Shown here: piece after piece, positions 11,690 to 24,905 of the stretch | Layout of the letters: every line of letters starts with the position of its first letter | Numbering within the stretch: the first letter of the stretch is position 1 | DNA from: Dicyema japonicum | Lineage: Eukaryota; Animalia; Dicyemida | Assembly: GCA_011109175.1 (NCBI GenBank) | Contig: RDEW01000006.1 | Span: 1,510,133 to 1,574,132, forward strand | Direction of reading: 5' to 3' | Length of the DNA: 64,000 nucleotides | The notes under the pieces: generated by a model | Seen by the model: only the letters and a program-made list of their open reading frames with translations | Told to the model about the DNA's origin: nothing | Databases searched by the model: none | Made by a program: the position numbers and the translations under genes

Positions 11690-12520
11690 CAATTTGTCGA
11701 TAATACCTTTAATTGGAGTTCTGTTACCGTGAGATCTATGTCATCTGCGAAGATGACTTCCTTATATGTCTGGGGATATTTTCCTGGCATCTCGCAGGGT
11801 CGCCTTCAGATATGCGATGAATAAGACCGGGGATAGGGCGTCTCCTTGGGGGTGCCCATGTTTGTTCCGAATACTCTGGATTTCTGATTTCCGATTTGGA
11901 TAAATAGTTGAGTGGAGGAGAGTAGATATCGAATTATTTTGATGCAATCTTCCTCGAATAGTGGTGTTAATATTTGTATCATCTTGACTCTGCTGATTGA
12001 GTCAAATGCCTTAGATAGGTCGATTTCCATTATGTGGTACTCCTCTTTATATTTTTGGCATGAAAAACACATCCATTTGTGGCTCAAAAGGCATCGGAAG
12101 TTGATCTTACAGAGACAAACCCACTTTGGCTAGCTCCGATAAATCCACGTAGTGGAGCTTTTATTCTGTCCAGAACAATTAGCGATAAAATTTTTTTAAA
12201 ATTGAAATATTTTTCAAATTGATCAGCTATGGTGTCTGTGCGTTCCTGGTTCTTCCAAGATCATCATGAACTGTTAGATTTTCAGATTTCTTCTTTCAGG
12301 CTAGCATCTTTACAGACGAATATATTTGCGCTTCGTGTTTGTACTTTCCTACTTTATTTGCAAGGTTTTGTAGCTCTGTTTCATGGATTATCTGATTTTT
12401 TATTGATTTGTCTCATAATTTTGTTTTTTTGGATTTTGAACTCAGTTGCTTTCACTTGGTTGTGGGGTGTTCATGCATTTGATACGTAGATCCTTTTGTA
12501 AATGGAATAAATGATTTATA
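11690..12520 (-). mobile_element. RTE-like LINE reverse-transcriptase fragment
   Basis: IDLSKAFDSISR, HGHPQGDALSPVLFIAY and a ...ADDID-like YADD region, all frameshifted. Confidence 0.8.
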
Positions 12521-12629
12521 TGTCGTGTAATCTAACTGCTACCTTAAGCCCTAAATTGATCGCAATACACTAAATATAAATTAAAAAAAGTAAATAACTC
12601 CATTACTAAATTAATAACTAAAACTATCG

Positions 12630-14191
<1,562 letters not shown>

Positions 14192-14816
14192 TTGGTATTC
14201 TTGTCACTATTCTCAATTTGATTACGAAGGCATATTGTTTTGGGAAAAGAGAATCTTTGTATTTATATGCTTAGTTATTAGTAATAATATAATTTAGTCA
14301 CGAGAATAATTTTACATTCTGATACTCATTGTTCGTTGCAATCGAAACCTCGAGAATTCTACTAATATCTGCTGTTCAACAATACGATACTATAAATCAC
14401 TTTGATTCAAGAATTTTCTGGTGAGTTGAATTATTTTTTTTGATTTACATTAAAAGTCTTTTTAGTTTCATTTAAATTTCTCATAAATTCAATATTTGTA
14501 TAATATCGATGATCTGTCTTGTACAATTTCCCTATATTCTTAAAAATTTTTAAAATTTAAAAATAATAAATTAAAATTTATCTATTATTCACATAAATAT
14601 GAGTAAACTTAAAAATAAAATTTCAGCATAAAGTTTCATTTTCTGTTTAATATTCTGCTCATTGACCTGAGACATGGCTCTTAAACACTAGGGACTAGAC
14701 CAGTGTTTTTTTAACGACGGGCGAATTTTATTTATCAGGGGCGATTTTCTATTTAGTGATTTTTTAAATTATGAAAATATTTATGATTAAATTTATTTTT
14801 AATAATTAAAATAAGC

Positions 14817-15000
14817 AATCGAGACGTCTGGTGCAGCAGCAAGTATTACAGCCTCTTTCTTAAAGGAAATCGGGGGGAAATTGGCCCACCGCAAGAAAGA
14901 CGTGCGGGAAGCGGTCTGGCTGAGGCAACAAATTGGTATCGCAGTTGTCCACGGAAACGCTTACTCCGTGATGTCAGCACCCGTCCTCTCCCATAGTTAA
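14817..15000 (+). mobile_element. CRE-clade non-LTR element, short 3-prime fragment
   Basis: ETSG...ASFLKEIG...REAVWLRQQIGIAVVHGNAYSVMS. Close match to 61596-61760 and 48850-48935. Confidence 0.8.
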
Positions 15001-15097
15001 TAGATGTCGTATGTGATAGCGTCCGGGCTGTTGATACTGTCCGGGTTGATAAGACAAATTTATCATTTGAAAACATTAACAACCACTAAGTTTTGCT

Positions 15098-15371
15098 TCG
15101 AAAGATCTGTCCCTTGTTCCCTAAAAAAACAAAAAAATATTTTGAGTCACTAAAGCGATTAAGCGTGAAAAGGTTGGAAAATAGAAGAGGTCGAAGGATC
15201 GGTCCCTTGTTCCCTCAAAAACAAAAAAAATTATTCTGAGTCACTAAAGCGATTGAGCGAGAAAGAGGTCGAAAATAGAAGTGGTCGAAGGATCGGTCCC
15301 TTGTTCCTTCAAAAACAAAAATTTATTTTGAGTCAATAAAGCGATTAAGCGTGAAAAGGGTTAAAAATAAG
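15098..15371. repeat. Tandem repeat of about 93-94 bp, about 2.9 copies
   Basis: Units start at 15098, 15191 and 15285 (TCGAAGGATCGGTCCCTTGTTCC...GAGTCACTAAAGCGATT). Confidence 0.9.
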
Positions 15372-15399
15372 TTTTGTAACAGTGAGGTTTCAGCATTTT

Positions 15400-15510
15400 T
15401 ATGTGACTGGGGGATAACGGCGATTCGTGGTATACCAAGACTCTCTCAATCACAAGAGCAGGTGGAACGCTAAAATCAAACGATGAAGCGTTGGTTAGCG
15501 AAAACTCTAT
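15400..15510 (+). mobile_element. Retroviral-type (rve) integrase remnant, Gypsy/Ginger-like
   Basis: WGITAIRG...SQSQEQVER.NQTMKRWLAK resembles the PQSQGxVERxN motif. Confidence 0.55.
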
Positions 15511-16232
15511 TTCAATCCAAATCTAATAATTGGATTTAAAAAATAAATACAACTATTTTTCAAACGGGAGAAATATTGTTCCACTGCAATTTAAGTAGCG
15601 GGACATTTAGAAGGTTGTAATATGTCATTGGATTTATTAATTTGTTATTAATTTAACAACATCCATTAAACCATTTTTATCATATCTTTCAATAACATAA
15701 TTTTCAATATCCCTTTTTACAGAAATAGAACTGATCTTTAAAAAATCTGCATTACTCTTTTTGATTAAATACAGTGAGTTATGCAATTTTTCCAAATTAG
15801 ATTTTAGCCATTGATATTTGGTAATTTCAGTTCATGAAACAAATTTTCATTCATGATTGATTGCTTCACATTGGCAACAATAATCCCATCGTCTTCAAAA
15901 TTGTTTAATGTCTTTTATTGCAACAAAACTTTCGGAATAAAAAAATGCCGCTTCTAAGAAACTCCCTCATCTTGAAAATTACATCTGGAAGTAATTTAAT
16001 TTCAACGAACATAGCTCTGTGCTTTATTGACTTCGAAAGATCATATAAAGAGCCACATCGATAATAAATAAAATCAAATTTCAAATTTTTAATAAGAATT
16101 TATCAAAACATTTTTTGATTGTTTAATTATTTCATTCGAATTCAGATTTAGAAAATTTTTTGTTGTTGTGGTGTTGTACATGTCCGTTTCTAATCATACC
16201 GAGAAATCGAATCCTATGGGCCTTCTGCAAAA

Positions 16233-16620
16233 TCAAATAAAGAAGATAGCATAGTAGAAACAGGACCGTCGTCTGTTGGGCTGGATAATGTCACAAGAAC
16301 TAATATCCACGTCACAAGAACTAATATCCACGACGATCCTGTGGTCGCTGTCAGTTGTTGTTCCCTGGTAGGAACGTGCATCATTTATCAGGTATTTATC
16401 AGACTTTCGGGAGATAATGTAGTCGATTTGATTATATATATTCACGGTCTCCACGACAGAGTTTCTTCTATGTCCGTGCCACGTCGTCTTGTGCAAGCTG
16501 AGTGCGTGAAGGCCGTGTTGCACATGAAAAAAGCTATTTGCCTCGCAGAAGTTCACCAGAGAGGCTCCAGATGCATTTCTCCTTCCGCGCAGATTATCTC
16601 TTGAAGTGAGTTTTTTAAAA
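16233..16620 (-). mobile_element. RTE-like LINE endonuclease fragment
   Basis: YNQIDYIISR...DARSYQGTTTDSDHRIVV. Contains a 21-bp tandem duplication at 16290-16331. Confidence 0.75.
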
Positions 16621-16955
16621 ATATTAGAAGAATTACTAAATTATTACGTAGATTACTATTTCTGACTGTCTACTTCTTGACTCATTTTATAATTTATCAA
16701 TAGAAGGAATATGGCTAAGACAAAAGATTGGAATGGCCATTCTCCGAGGGAACTCGTTCGCAATTCACGCATCAGGCTTCCTCAACTGACATTTGTTTAA
16801 TTGTTAAAAAATATTTTGTTTTAAAAAAAATAACTAAATAAAAATTATAAGGTCACTCATGATCGACTGGTTGAATAAAAAAATAAGACAATAGTATTTG
16901 GTGAAAAATAAATATAAGACAATAATTAATTAAGTTTTCCTAATGCTGTGTGTGT

Positions 16956-17043
16956 GTCACGTTTCAACTATCCAGAGGATTCCTCTTGGAACTATTCCAG
17001 AGACTGAACCTAGAAGAACTCCTCTGGATAGTTGAAACGTGAC
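16956..17043. repeat. Perfect 24-bp inverted repeat with 40-bp spacer
   Basis: GTCACGTTTCAACTATCCAGAGGA (16956-16979) and its exact reverse complement (17020-17043). Confidence 0.9.
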
Positions 17044-18060
17044 CCACTCATTCCAGAGATTAATTCTGGAGACTTTTAAATTAATTTCTTACCTTGATAA
17101 GCTCTGTTTTCCTGGCAATTGCCATGAAAGAGGTCATAGTCTATTGGCAAGTCTAAGAACAATAACAAGATAAGATACGATGGTCCTTCTCAAGAACGTA
17201 CATGTAAGTCTACTGGAGGAATTGGTAAGCTGTATAACGATTTATTTTTAAGATTAATAATGACTTTGGAGTCACATGTGGCGGCCAAATTGGTTACACG
17301 TTACAATTTTATAGCTATTATTGCTAGTTATGACTGCTTGTGCTGTGCTTACCAAAGATTGTGTTAATAAATATAAAAGTTTTTAATGTATGGCAAGTCT
17401 CGTATTATTCGCATTGATATCCATATTTTCCTTCTATTCATTAATTGAAGTTTTCGATTTATTTGATAAATGATGTGCACGACATCTTTTAAATTGATTT
17501 CTTTGTATTTTATCCGTATTCAATGTATTGAATAATATCGATGATGAAATTTGAAAACTTTAATATTTTAAATGATAATATTCTCACTTTGATTGCACTA
17601 TCACATAATGAATGACTATTGTCATTTTGATTGACATTAAGAATAGGAAATAGTATAGTTTGTGTGGATATTGATAAGATGTAATCCGCTCACATGTTCG
17701 ATTGTCGGTATGATTTATTGTTCAATGTGAGGGAGAGAGGATATTGGGAATCTAGAAAAGGCCTTGTGGATCCGCATCGATTTGGACTCTCAAACAAATT
17801 TCTCCATGTGATGTGTGAACGTCATACCGTAGTGTTTGACTTTTCTAGGATATATTCACGTGGTTCTTAAGGAACCATGAATTCATATTGTCGAGGATCT
17901 CCTGAATCCTCCTTGTAGCTAATATAGCCCATTTACATTGTTTTGAATAATTTATGAATTGAGTCAACTTCGTTACAAGTGTAGAAATCGAATCTCGTGA
18001 TCCGCCGTGTTTTGAATGCGGGAAGCTTGAAGAAGGAGATATCTTCTGAAACTCAGTACA

Positions 18061-18335
18061 CTATTGAATTATTATTATTATTACTAAAAAGCATTTTCAC
18101 ATAACCAAAAAACGTTATATTTTAAAGTCCCGTTTGTGCCACACGTTTCAAAATTTGTTTCACTAGGCGTCTCTATCGGCCTCTGCTTTGCGCAGCTGTT
18201 GGTAGATCTTCTATATCATCTGAAGATTTAAGTTTTCTTCCATTGAGATCTTTGGTTTAGAGCGACATGGAGAGTAACTCTAGGCCTTCCTCTGAATCAG
18301 TGGTTTCCAACCTATTTGAGAGCACGGAACCCTTA
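18061..18335 (-). mobile_element. RTE 3-prime end with (TAA)n tail abutting a hAT TIR
   Basis: RPRVTL...DLNGRKLKSSDDIEDL. TIR CAGTGGTTTCCAACC starts at 18298. The same junction is repeated at 24906-25155. Confidence 0.7.
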
Positions 18336-18579
18336 TATATATAGTTTTTAACAATTATTAGTAATTTACTAATATAAAAAATAAAATGCTAGTTAGTGAT
18401 ATGGTTGAGGCTGATGTCTCTTGCATAGTTCTGTAATATTTGGCCTTGACAGGGATAAACGCAGGTCTTTTTCCACATACAGTAGGCGCGTTTTATGATA
18501 TATATTTGTTAATGCAGAAAATCCACTTTCACATAGATAAATAGTTGAAATGGAGGCCAAATGGTAATGGTTACGAGGG

Positions 18580-20700
18580 ATTAGTACTTATGGATCTTCT
18601 TGACCTCCGCCTGGTCCGCTTCGTCTCCAGGAGAGTGCGTCGCCGTCAGCAATCTGGCTCCTGAGAAGGTGTCCACACACGTTGCATCCCAGACGAGTGA
18701 TTTTCCGTGGGAGTATGGGAACAACGTCATTCCATCCGACCTCTCCATAGCCTCTGTCGAAGCCCAATGGTTCCAATTGGGCCGGAAATCCCGCAGAATT
18801 GAAGGCTCGAAAGATGATGTCATTGAGGGCTGCGTGGCGCGAGGCTCGACCAGCACTCCGTCGGCAAGAGAGTGGATGTAATCCTTTCGCATCAACGTCT
18901 CCGCCGCAACGGCATTTGTGTCTCTGGCATATGTCCAGTCCTAGGCGCAGTGACACCCTGATCCTCAAGCTGTTTTCGTCAAGGAGGGTCCCCAGATGTG
19001 GGCAAGGTAGGGCCACGAGCCAGACTCTATTTCCGCGATGTGCGGCCGACATAATGCTTGCTAGTCGGTGTGGTTAGTGCTTATATTCGCGGCCTCCAGA
19101 GTGCTCATACATGCGGTTGAATCCCAACTCTTCTGGCAAACAAAGTTCGACGGGAATTCCAAGTCCAACTCATCCACAACTTGCAAACTCTGTCAAGCTC
19201 CGAGTCCAAGGTATGTCCGGTTGCGTTACGTAGGACTGTTGGGCCAAGCGACTGCAGCTCGCAAGGGATGAAAAGTAGGCAGGCAGGGCGGCTTCAAGGA
19301 GGAATCTCAACCAATACCCCCATTTCTCGCAGGTTGTTTGCACATAGTCCAGCACCAGATCATCAATTTGACATTCAGTATTGACTCCACCGATCGTCTC
19401 AGAGTCATCAGCCGACTATAGTGCATTCCGGTTCAAAACATGGTGAACATCTCAAAATGTACATCATCTTCGACATGGAAATACAATTTTTGAGCAAGAA
19501 GAAAGACACATGTGGATCCAAAGATGATACTCTTTTTGTATAAGCTTCAACTTCATTATTCTTACTGGTAAGGCATTTTTCCAGCTCGTCGTTTCCGAGA
19601 GGGCAGCCAAGGAAGTGTACCTTTTCCAAGGAGGATATGCTGAAACCTGGAACTAGGGATCTGAATTCTTGTCAGGCAGTAGAAAAGTTTGGAGAGAGCA
19701 TGAATATTGATCAGTTCCGATTTCATAACGTTGACACTTAAAACCAATTCGATTAGAGCTGGAATGGTTGAAGAAATATCCTGAATACGTTCTCCATGAG
19801 CCAGCTATTGTAGGGTCGTCCAAGTACCACAGGTTGAGTTCATAGTTTATGCTTCGTGCCACTGTGTCAATTGTCATTCAAAAAGCAAAGGCCTTAGAGG
19901 GTCTCCCTGCTAAACGCCTGTGCGTGAATAAACGATATCGTTTCCGTAAACTAGTCCGTCCATACGATAAGTGTACAAGTCGGCAAATCTTTGGAGCTCT
20001 CTTCGAATAAATTTCCAAAATACAGTCTCTTCTCAGCGTGTTGAAGGCATTTGATATATCAAGCTTCAGACCTAGCCTTTGGGTCTGAGAATTATTGTTG
20101 TTGATATAACCCCTCGCGGACTGGACTGCTGCTTCGCAACCGCCGGTCACTCCCACACCAAGTTGAGTCGGAAACAGCTCTTCAACAACATTGTGGGAGA
20201 CTCTCCGGGCAGCGATTTTAGCAGCAAGCCTTCGAAAGTATGTGCCGATCGCAATTGAGCGGACACCTCCATCCCCTTTTCGGAATGCCAATAGATGTCC
20301 ACAAAAAAGAAGATCTCTAGCAAATTTTGGAATATCACCATTAACTATTCGAGTAAACAGCAAGGTGATAGACGTTAACAAGGCACGGCTGGCTTCTGCA
20401 GTAGCTCTAGAAGTTATGTCCTTCCGTGGGAATAAATGCCGGGAGGTCTTCTGGCATTGTCAAGTTCCGCTGGTTCGGTGGTATAGCAGGGTGCTTCCAA
20501 GCAAGATGTACAATTCAAACCGTACTTCCTGCGTTACCATTTCGCCCACATTGCCGCGGAGACAACTGGAACTGTAGGCGCGAAGACAGAGGCCTTTCTC
20601 CACAGCATTGGAAGCAAACTCGCCTCAAAAAGGTGTAAGACACGGGAGGTACTCCGGTTGAGGCAGAAGCTCGAAATGGCGACTATCAGAGGTAACGCCT
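18580..20700 (-). mobile_element. CRE-clade (RLE-type) non-LTR retrotransposon, long degenerate copy
   Basis: RT: GGVRSIAIGTYFRRLAAK, TQLGVGVTGGCEAAV, LKLDISNAFNTLRRD, WYLDDPTI. CCHC knuckle CRCG...HPLSC...RH. RLE: DGMTLFPYSHGKSLVWDATCVDT. Multiple frameshifts. Confidence 0.85.
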
Positions 20701-20779
20701 TCCCATTCTATCGTCTTAATTACTGCCTAATTTTCATTATATAGTATATTAAAATTTAAAAATAAAAAAGTAGTAGAAA

Positions 20780-22190
20780 ACTGGACCAAAACTTTTAATG
20801 TTTTGTTTGCCAGAATAGGATATTCTTTTTTGACAATCAGCCAAAAAATCAATATCAAGCTGTAAATATTCTATTTTTAACGTTCTGTCACTTGAAACAA
20901 ACGCAATTTCTTCTTCCTCTTTTAATGTAAGCTAGTTTCTAGTTATTTTGTACTCAGCAAAAGGATTCCTCACCCAATCATAGAGTTCAACTTATGTGGG
21001 TGGAGAATAATTATTCGTACATGTAAATACTCCAAATGGTCTACAATTTGTGAAACAATTTATCTAAAATTTCTTTATTGCACATGAAGAAACATTTCCA
21101 AGTTGCCATTCATGATATGTCGTTTCCATATTTGTAGTTTTTTCAGAAAAGCAGCTATTTTTGCATGCTGCTATTGCGAACATTGAGTTCATTAAAAATA
21201 TCGGCGAGATATGCTAGTTTGCAACACAACATTCATCACTGAGGCATTCAATAAAGTCATCCAACTTCTCTTGTATACAAAAAGCCAACATTCGTGTCTT
21301 ATTTCATAGAAACGAATATTTCACTTTGAGAACCATCTTCAGTATGCAAAATCAAAACTGAATGCATTTTCACAAAGTTTCGAGAAATGTCGCAATTTCA
21401 AGTCTCATTTTAATGTAATTAATTATTTTTACAGCCATGTTCAAAGGACATTAAAGTTCATGCCCAATAGTTTTTGCAATCAATGTTTGTGAAGAAAACA
21501 ATGCGTGTGAATAATGTTCGAATTCTTATTTTTAGCAATAGAAACAATGCCTTTAAATTGCATAGTCATTGCTGGAGCTCCATCAGTGCAGATACCCAAA
21601 AATGCATTCCAATCCAACTTTATATCCTCAAAATATGAATTTATAAGATTGAAAATGTCATATCCCTTGTTGTTCCAAGCAACTCTTTGCAGGAAATAAA
21701 ATATTCAATAATGGATTCATCGATCATATATCGAATGAAAACAAGGAGTTGCATTCTTCCTGTAATATCTGAGCTTTCATCCACTTGAAGGGCAAAAAAG
21801 GCAAAATAACAGTTTCGGCGAGAGTATGCGATTTCAGATTTTTTAGCAGCAATCTCAGCAACAGCACAATTAGCATGCTGTGCTTTTTCATTTATTTTGA
21901 ATATTTTTGTAAAAGGGAATACTTGAACTTTATTCTGGTCCAATTTCTGCATAAAATAGTCTTTTTTTCTTTGAAAGTCAGGGTGCTTGGTGGAGAAATG
22001 ACGTCAAATTTCGTTGGAGCCATAGCTCTATTCGCAAGTTTTTCACCGCAAACAAGACAGTGATAGAAGGTAATTCATGTCCCCAGTCGATGTGAAAACA
22101 AAGGCAATATAATTTTCTCGATACGATCGATCATTAAGATATTCAGTGTCACAAGACTGCATTTAGACACGCTCAAATTAAATTAATTCG
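20780..22190 (-). mobile_element. Buster-type hAT transposase remnant
   Basis: CLVCGEKLANRAMAP, FALQVDESSDITGRMQLLVFIRY and an uninterrupted YDWVRNPF at about 20960-20985. Confidence 0.85.
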
Positions 22191-22201
22191 TTTTGAAAAA
22201 T

Positions 22202-24905
22202 TCAGAAGACGACGAAGAATCGTTGCTGGCAATGCCCAAACATTGATTAAATTCTTCGAGTGGTCGTGGGAAGACGGCCTTGATTGAAAAAGAAATCAAT
22301 TCAAAAAATCTAACTGATCACTTTGGAAATGAAACTCCGGATTAAAACATTGAATAATGAAATAACAGACAAAGAGCTCATGGACAGAGGTTGAACTCAC
22401 AGCAGTAAATCGAAATCTTACTACAAGATAAGTATGGAAAGCTAATCGAAACGTAGTAAAAAGCGAGGAAATTTCGTCTGAAGATTATGCTCAAAGAGAT
22501 GTGAACAATTTGATAAAATTCTATACAAAAATTTCCCACAAGGACCACAGGAAGTCGAATAAACTATTATCACGCAGAAAATTGAAAAAGTGTCAGTCCT
22601 CTCTTCTTTTAGGAGAGTTATGTGAGAGATACACTACATTCCGCAGACACCATACTCTCACGGTTATTCTATTAAAAATCTTGGAGACAAGGGAGTTATT
22701 TTTCTATGTCGATTTTCAACTCTTCTATTTATCAGGCACAGATGCGGCCAATATTTAAACCTGGAAGACTAAAAGATTACCCAGCGTCTTTTAGACTGGT
22801 GTCACTACTATGTTGCATGTAAAAAATACTGGAGAGGTTTGTGATCGTGAGAATGAGAATAAAAGATTCTAGCTTTTCAACATTCTTATAATATTATAAT
22901 ATAGGTTGGGAAACACTGGTGTAGAGGATTGTCCTAAAAGTTAGTTTCATCACCAGACGAATTGAATTGAGACTGAAAACTCTGCTAAATTGAGTTGGCA
23001 TAAATTTAAAAAAAATTTTATTAAATAAAGCAGCAATTTTCTTCGTAGCATCAAGAGTGTTCGTCGAAAAATATAACAGATCTTTCAAGACACTGTGGTT
23101 TGAAACTGTTGACCATATTGATAATTCAGATTGAGATATTTTTATATTAAAAAAGTGAAATTATGAGTGACAAAATAATTATTAAAACCATTTAATCCCT
23201 TAAAAACGAAAAGTTAACTAATTAAACGATCAAATTATTCTATTATAGGATAAATTGGATAGAAGGAAATCCACAGTTATATTTCCCACGTGACAGTTTG
23301 AGTATCCATATATACCCCATGCTTTTCCCCATCCATTTTTGATAAGCCAATACTTTTCTCCTTTTATAATTCCATAACCAACAACAGAAATTACATGATT
23401 ATAGTCCAAGTTATAACAATTCCTGATATGGTATACTCCTAAAACGTTTCATTTATATTTACCTCGGAGATAAGTTTGCATGCTTACAAAAGAACCATCA
23501 ACACTAACAGTAATAGGACCAACATTAATGAGATAGTCCATAAGCATTTCTTCGTCACCATCATTAAGTCTTTTATAATCAGTCAATTTAAGTTTAATAT
23601 TTGGTTTACCATCATATTTACATTTACGCTCCTATAGAGTTATCCATCGAGAAATTACCTTAGCCACATATGGATATCGTTTTTCAGAATTAATTCCTCC
23701 GTTATTTTTAATGTAATCATAAACATCTTCGATAGATCCACCACTGCATCCATGATCATTTATACAATCTACTATGTTTTGTTCACTCATAGATATAAGA
23801 ATATTGTGTTTGATTGCAAATGTGACTCCAACGTAGCCAACTAAATGCATTAAACATTCGTTAACTGCTCCAAATGCATAGCAAGACCCACAAAAACCTC
23901 CTTGCATTTTTATATCAGTTACACAGTTTCGTTTTACCCAACTAAATGATTTGGGATATCTTGTTTTATTTGCATGCACAGTATAATCTTTAATAATTCA
24001 TCTGTGTATGTTTTATTAGAATAAGAATTAAATTGAATTTGTTTGGTTTTCTAAATTCCCTTCTTGTCTACAAAAATATATTGTAATAAACCAGGTCAGC
24101 AAACTGATTAATTCCCAATTCATACAAAAATCTTCCTTGATTGAAAAGTAAATTGTGATTGTCAATGAATCTTAAGTTTTCAGTAAAAATAGCCTTTCTA
24201 ACCTGGAGTTCTAAGCCAGAATAAGATTTATCTGTAAAATAGTAAAAATAAATTTAACTATATTTCTATGAAATTATTCCATTGGATCTCATAATATTCA
24301 TCGTCTTTAAGTGAATAGTTGATTGATTCGTATTTGAAATGAATTTTAGATGAATAAAGTTATTAAAAATAAAACAAGGAAAATTATGTTGATCATTTTA
24401 ATTAATTCTTTTATTTTTATTTAAATAATTTTAAAAATATATATTTTTTTCATTAAAAAAATATATTTTTTTTGTTTTTATGAGTTTATCGAGACGAATT
24501 TGATAATCGCATTATTTTTGCTAGATGGTCTTTCCTTGATCCTTTACCAGCTCTTTAGGTCTTCTCTGTTATTAGTGGTAACTTAGGTTACTCATATAGG
24601 AAATAGCCTGGAGACAGACCCAAGGAAGACTTGTCTCCTCCGTTCTCCATCGCTCTCTGGTTTGCGCATCTGTCCGTAGATTTTATAGGTCACTGCAGAT
24701 TTAAGTTTCTTCCAATTCCATTAAGATCCTTGTTTAGAGCCACAGAGATGGTTACTTTTTTGAACGATGGTTTGTTCTCATTGTTAAACTAATTGTCCAT
24801 TATTATACTTGCAGGTGCGTTTATGTCCATTCTAAGCACGTGCCCAAACAGTTTTCATCTTGATTCAATAATGTCGATGCTTTTGGCCTCTATTGTGCCA
24901 CAGAC
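22202..24905. repeat. Direct segmental duplicate of about 3273-7526, lacking the 1.5-kb hAT
   Basis: Colinear and highly similar over the LINE remnant, hAT TIR, cathepsin gene and RTE fragment. Similarity ends at GCCACAGA (7526 / 24905). Confidence 0.9.
23235..24396 (-). CDS. Cathepsin L-like protease, copy B (frameshifted as assembled)
   Basis: Same exon-intron structure as copy A, with intact 25-nt intron 3 (23841-23865) and the 24-nt intron at 23439-23462. 1-nt losses near 23818 (CATTTG vs CATTTAG on the gene strand) and near 23300. Confidence 0.8.

Noticed and set aside
15098-15371. CRISPR array
   Set aside because: Whole units repeat with no unique spacers, there are no cas genes, and the context is eukaryotic.
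18298-22918. One large hAT bounded by the TIRs at 18298 and 22918
   Set aside because: The flanking 8-mers CTCTGAAT and GTGTAGAG do not match as a TSD.
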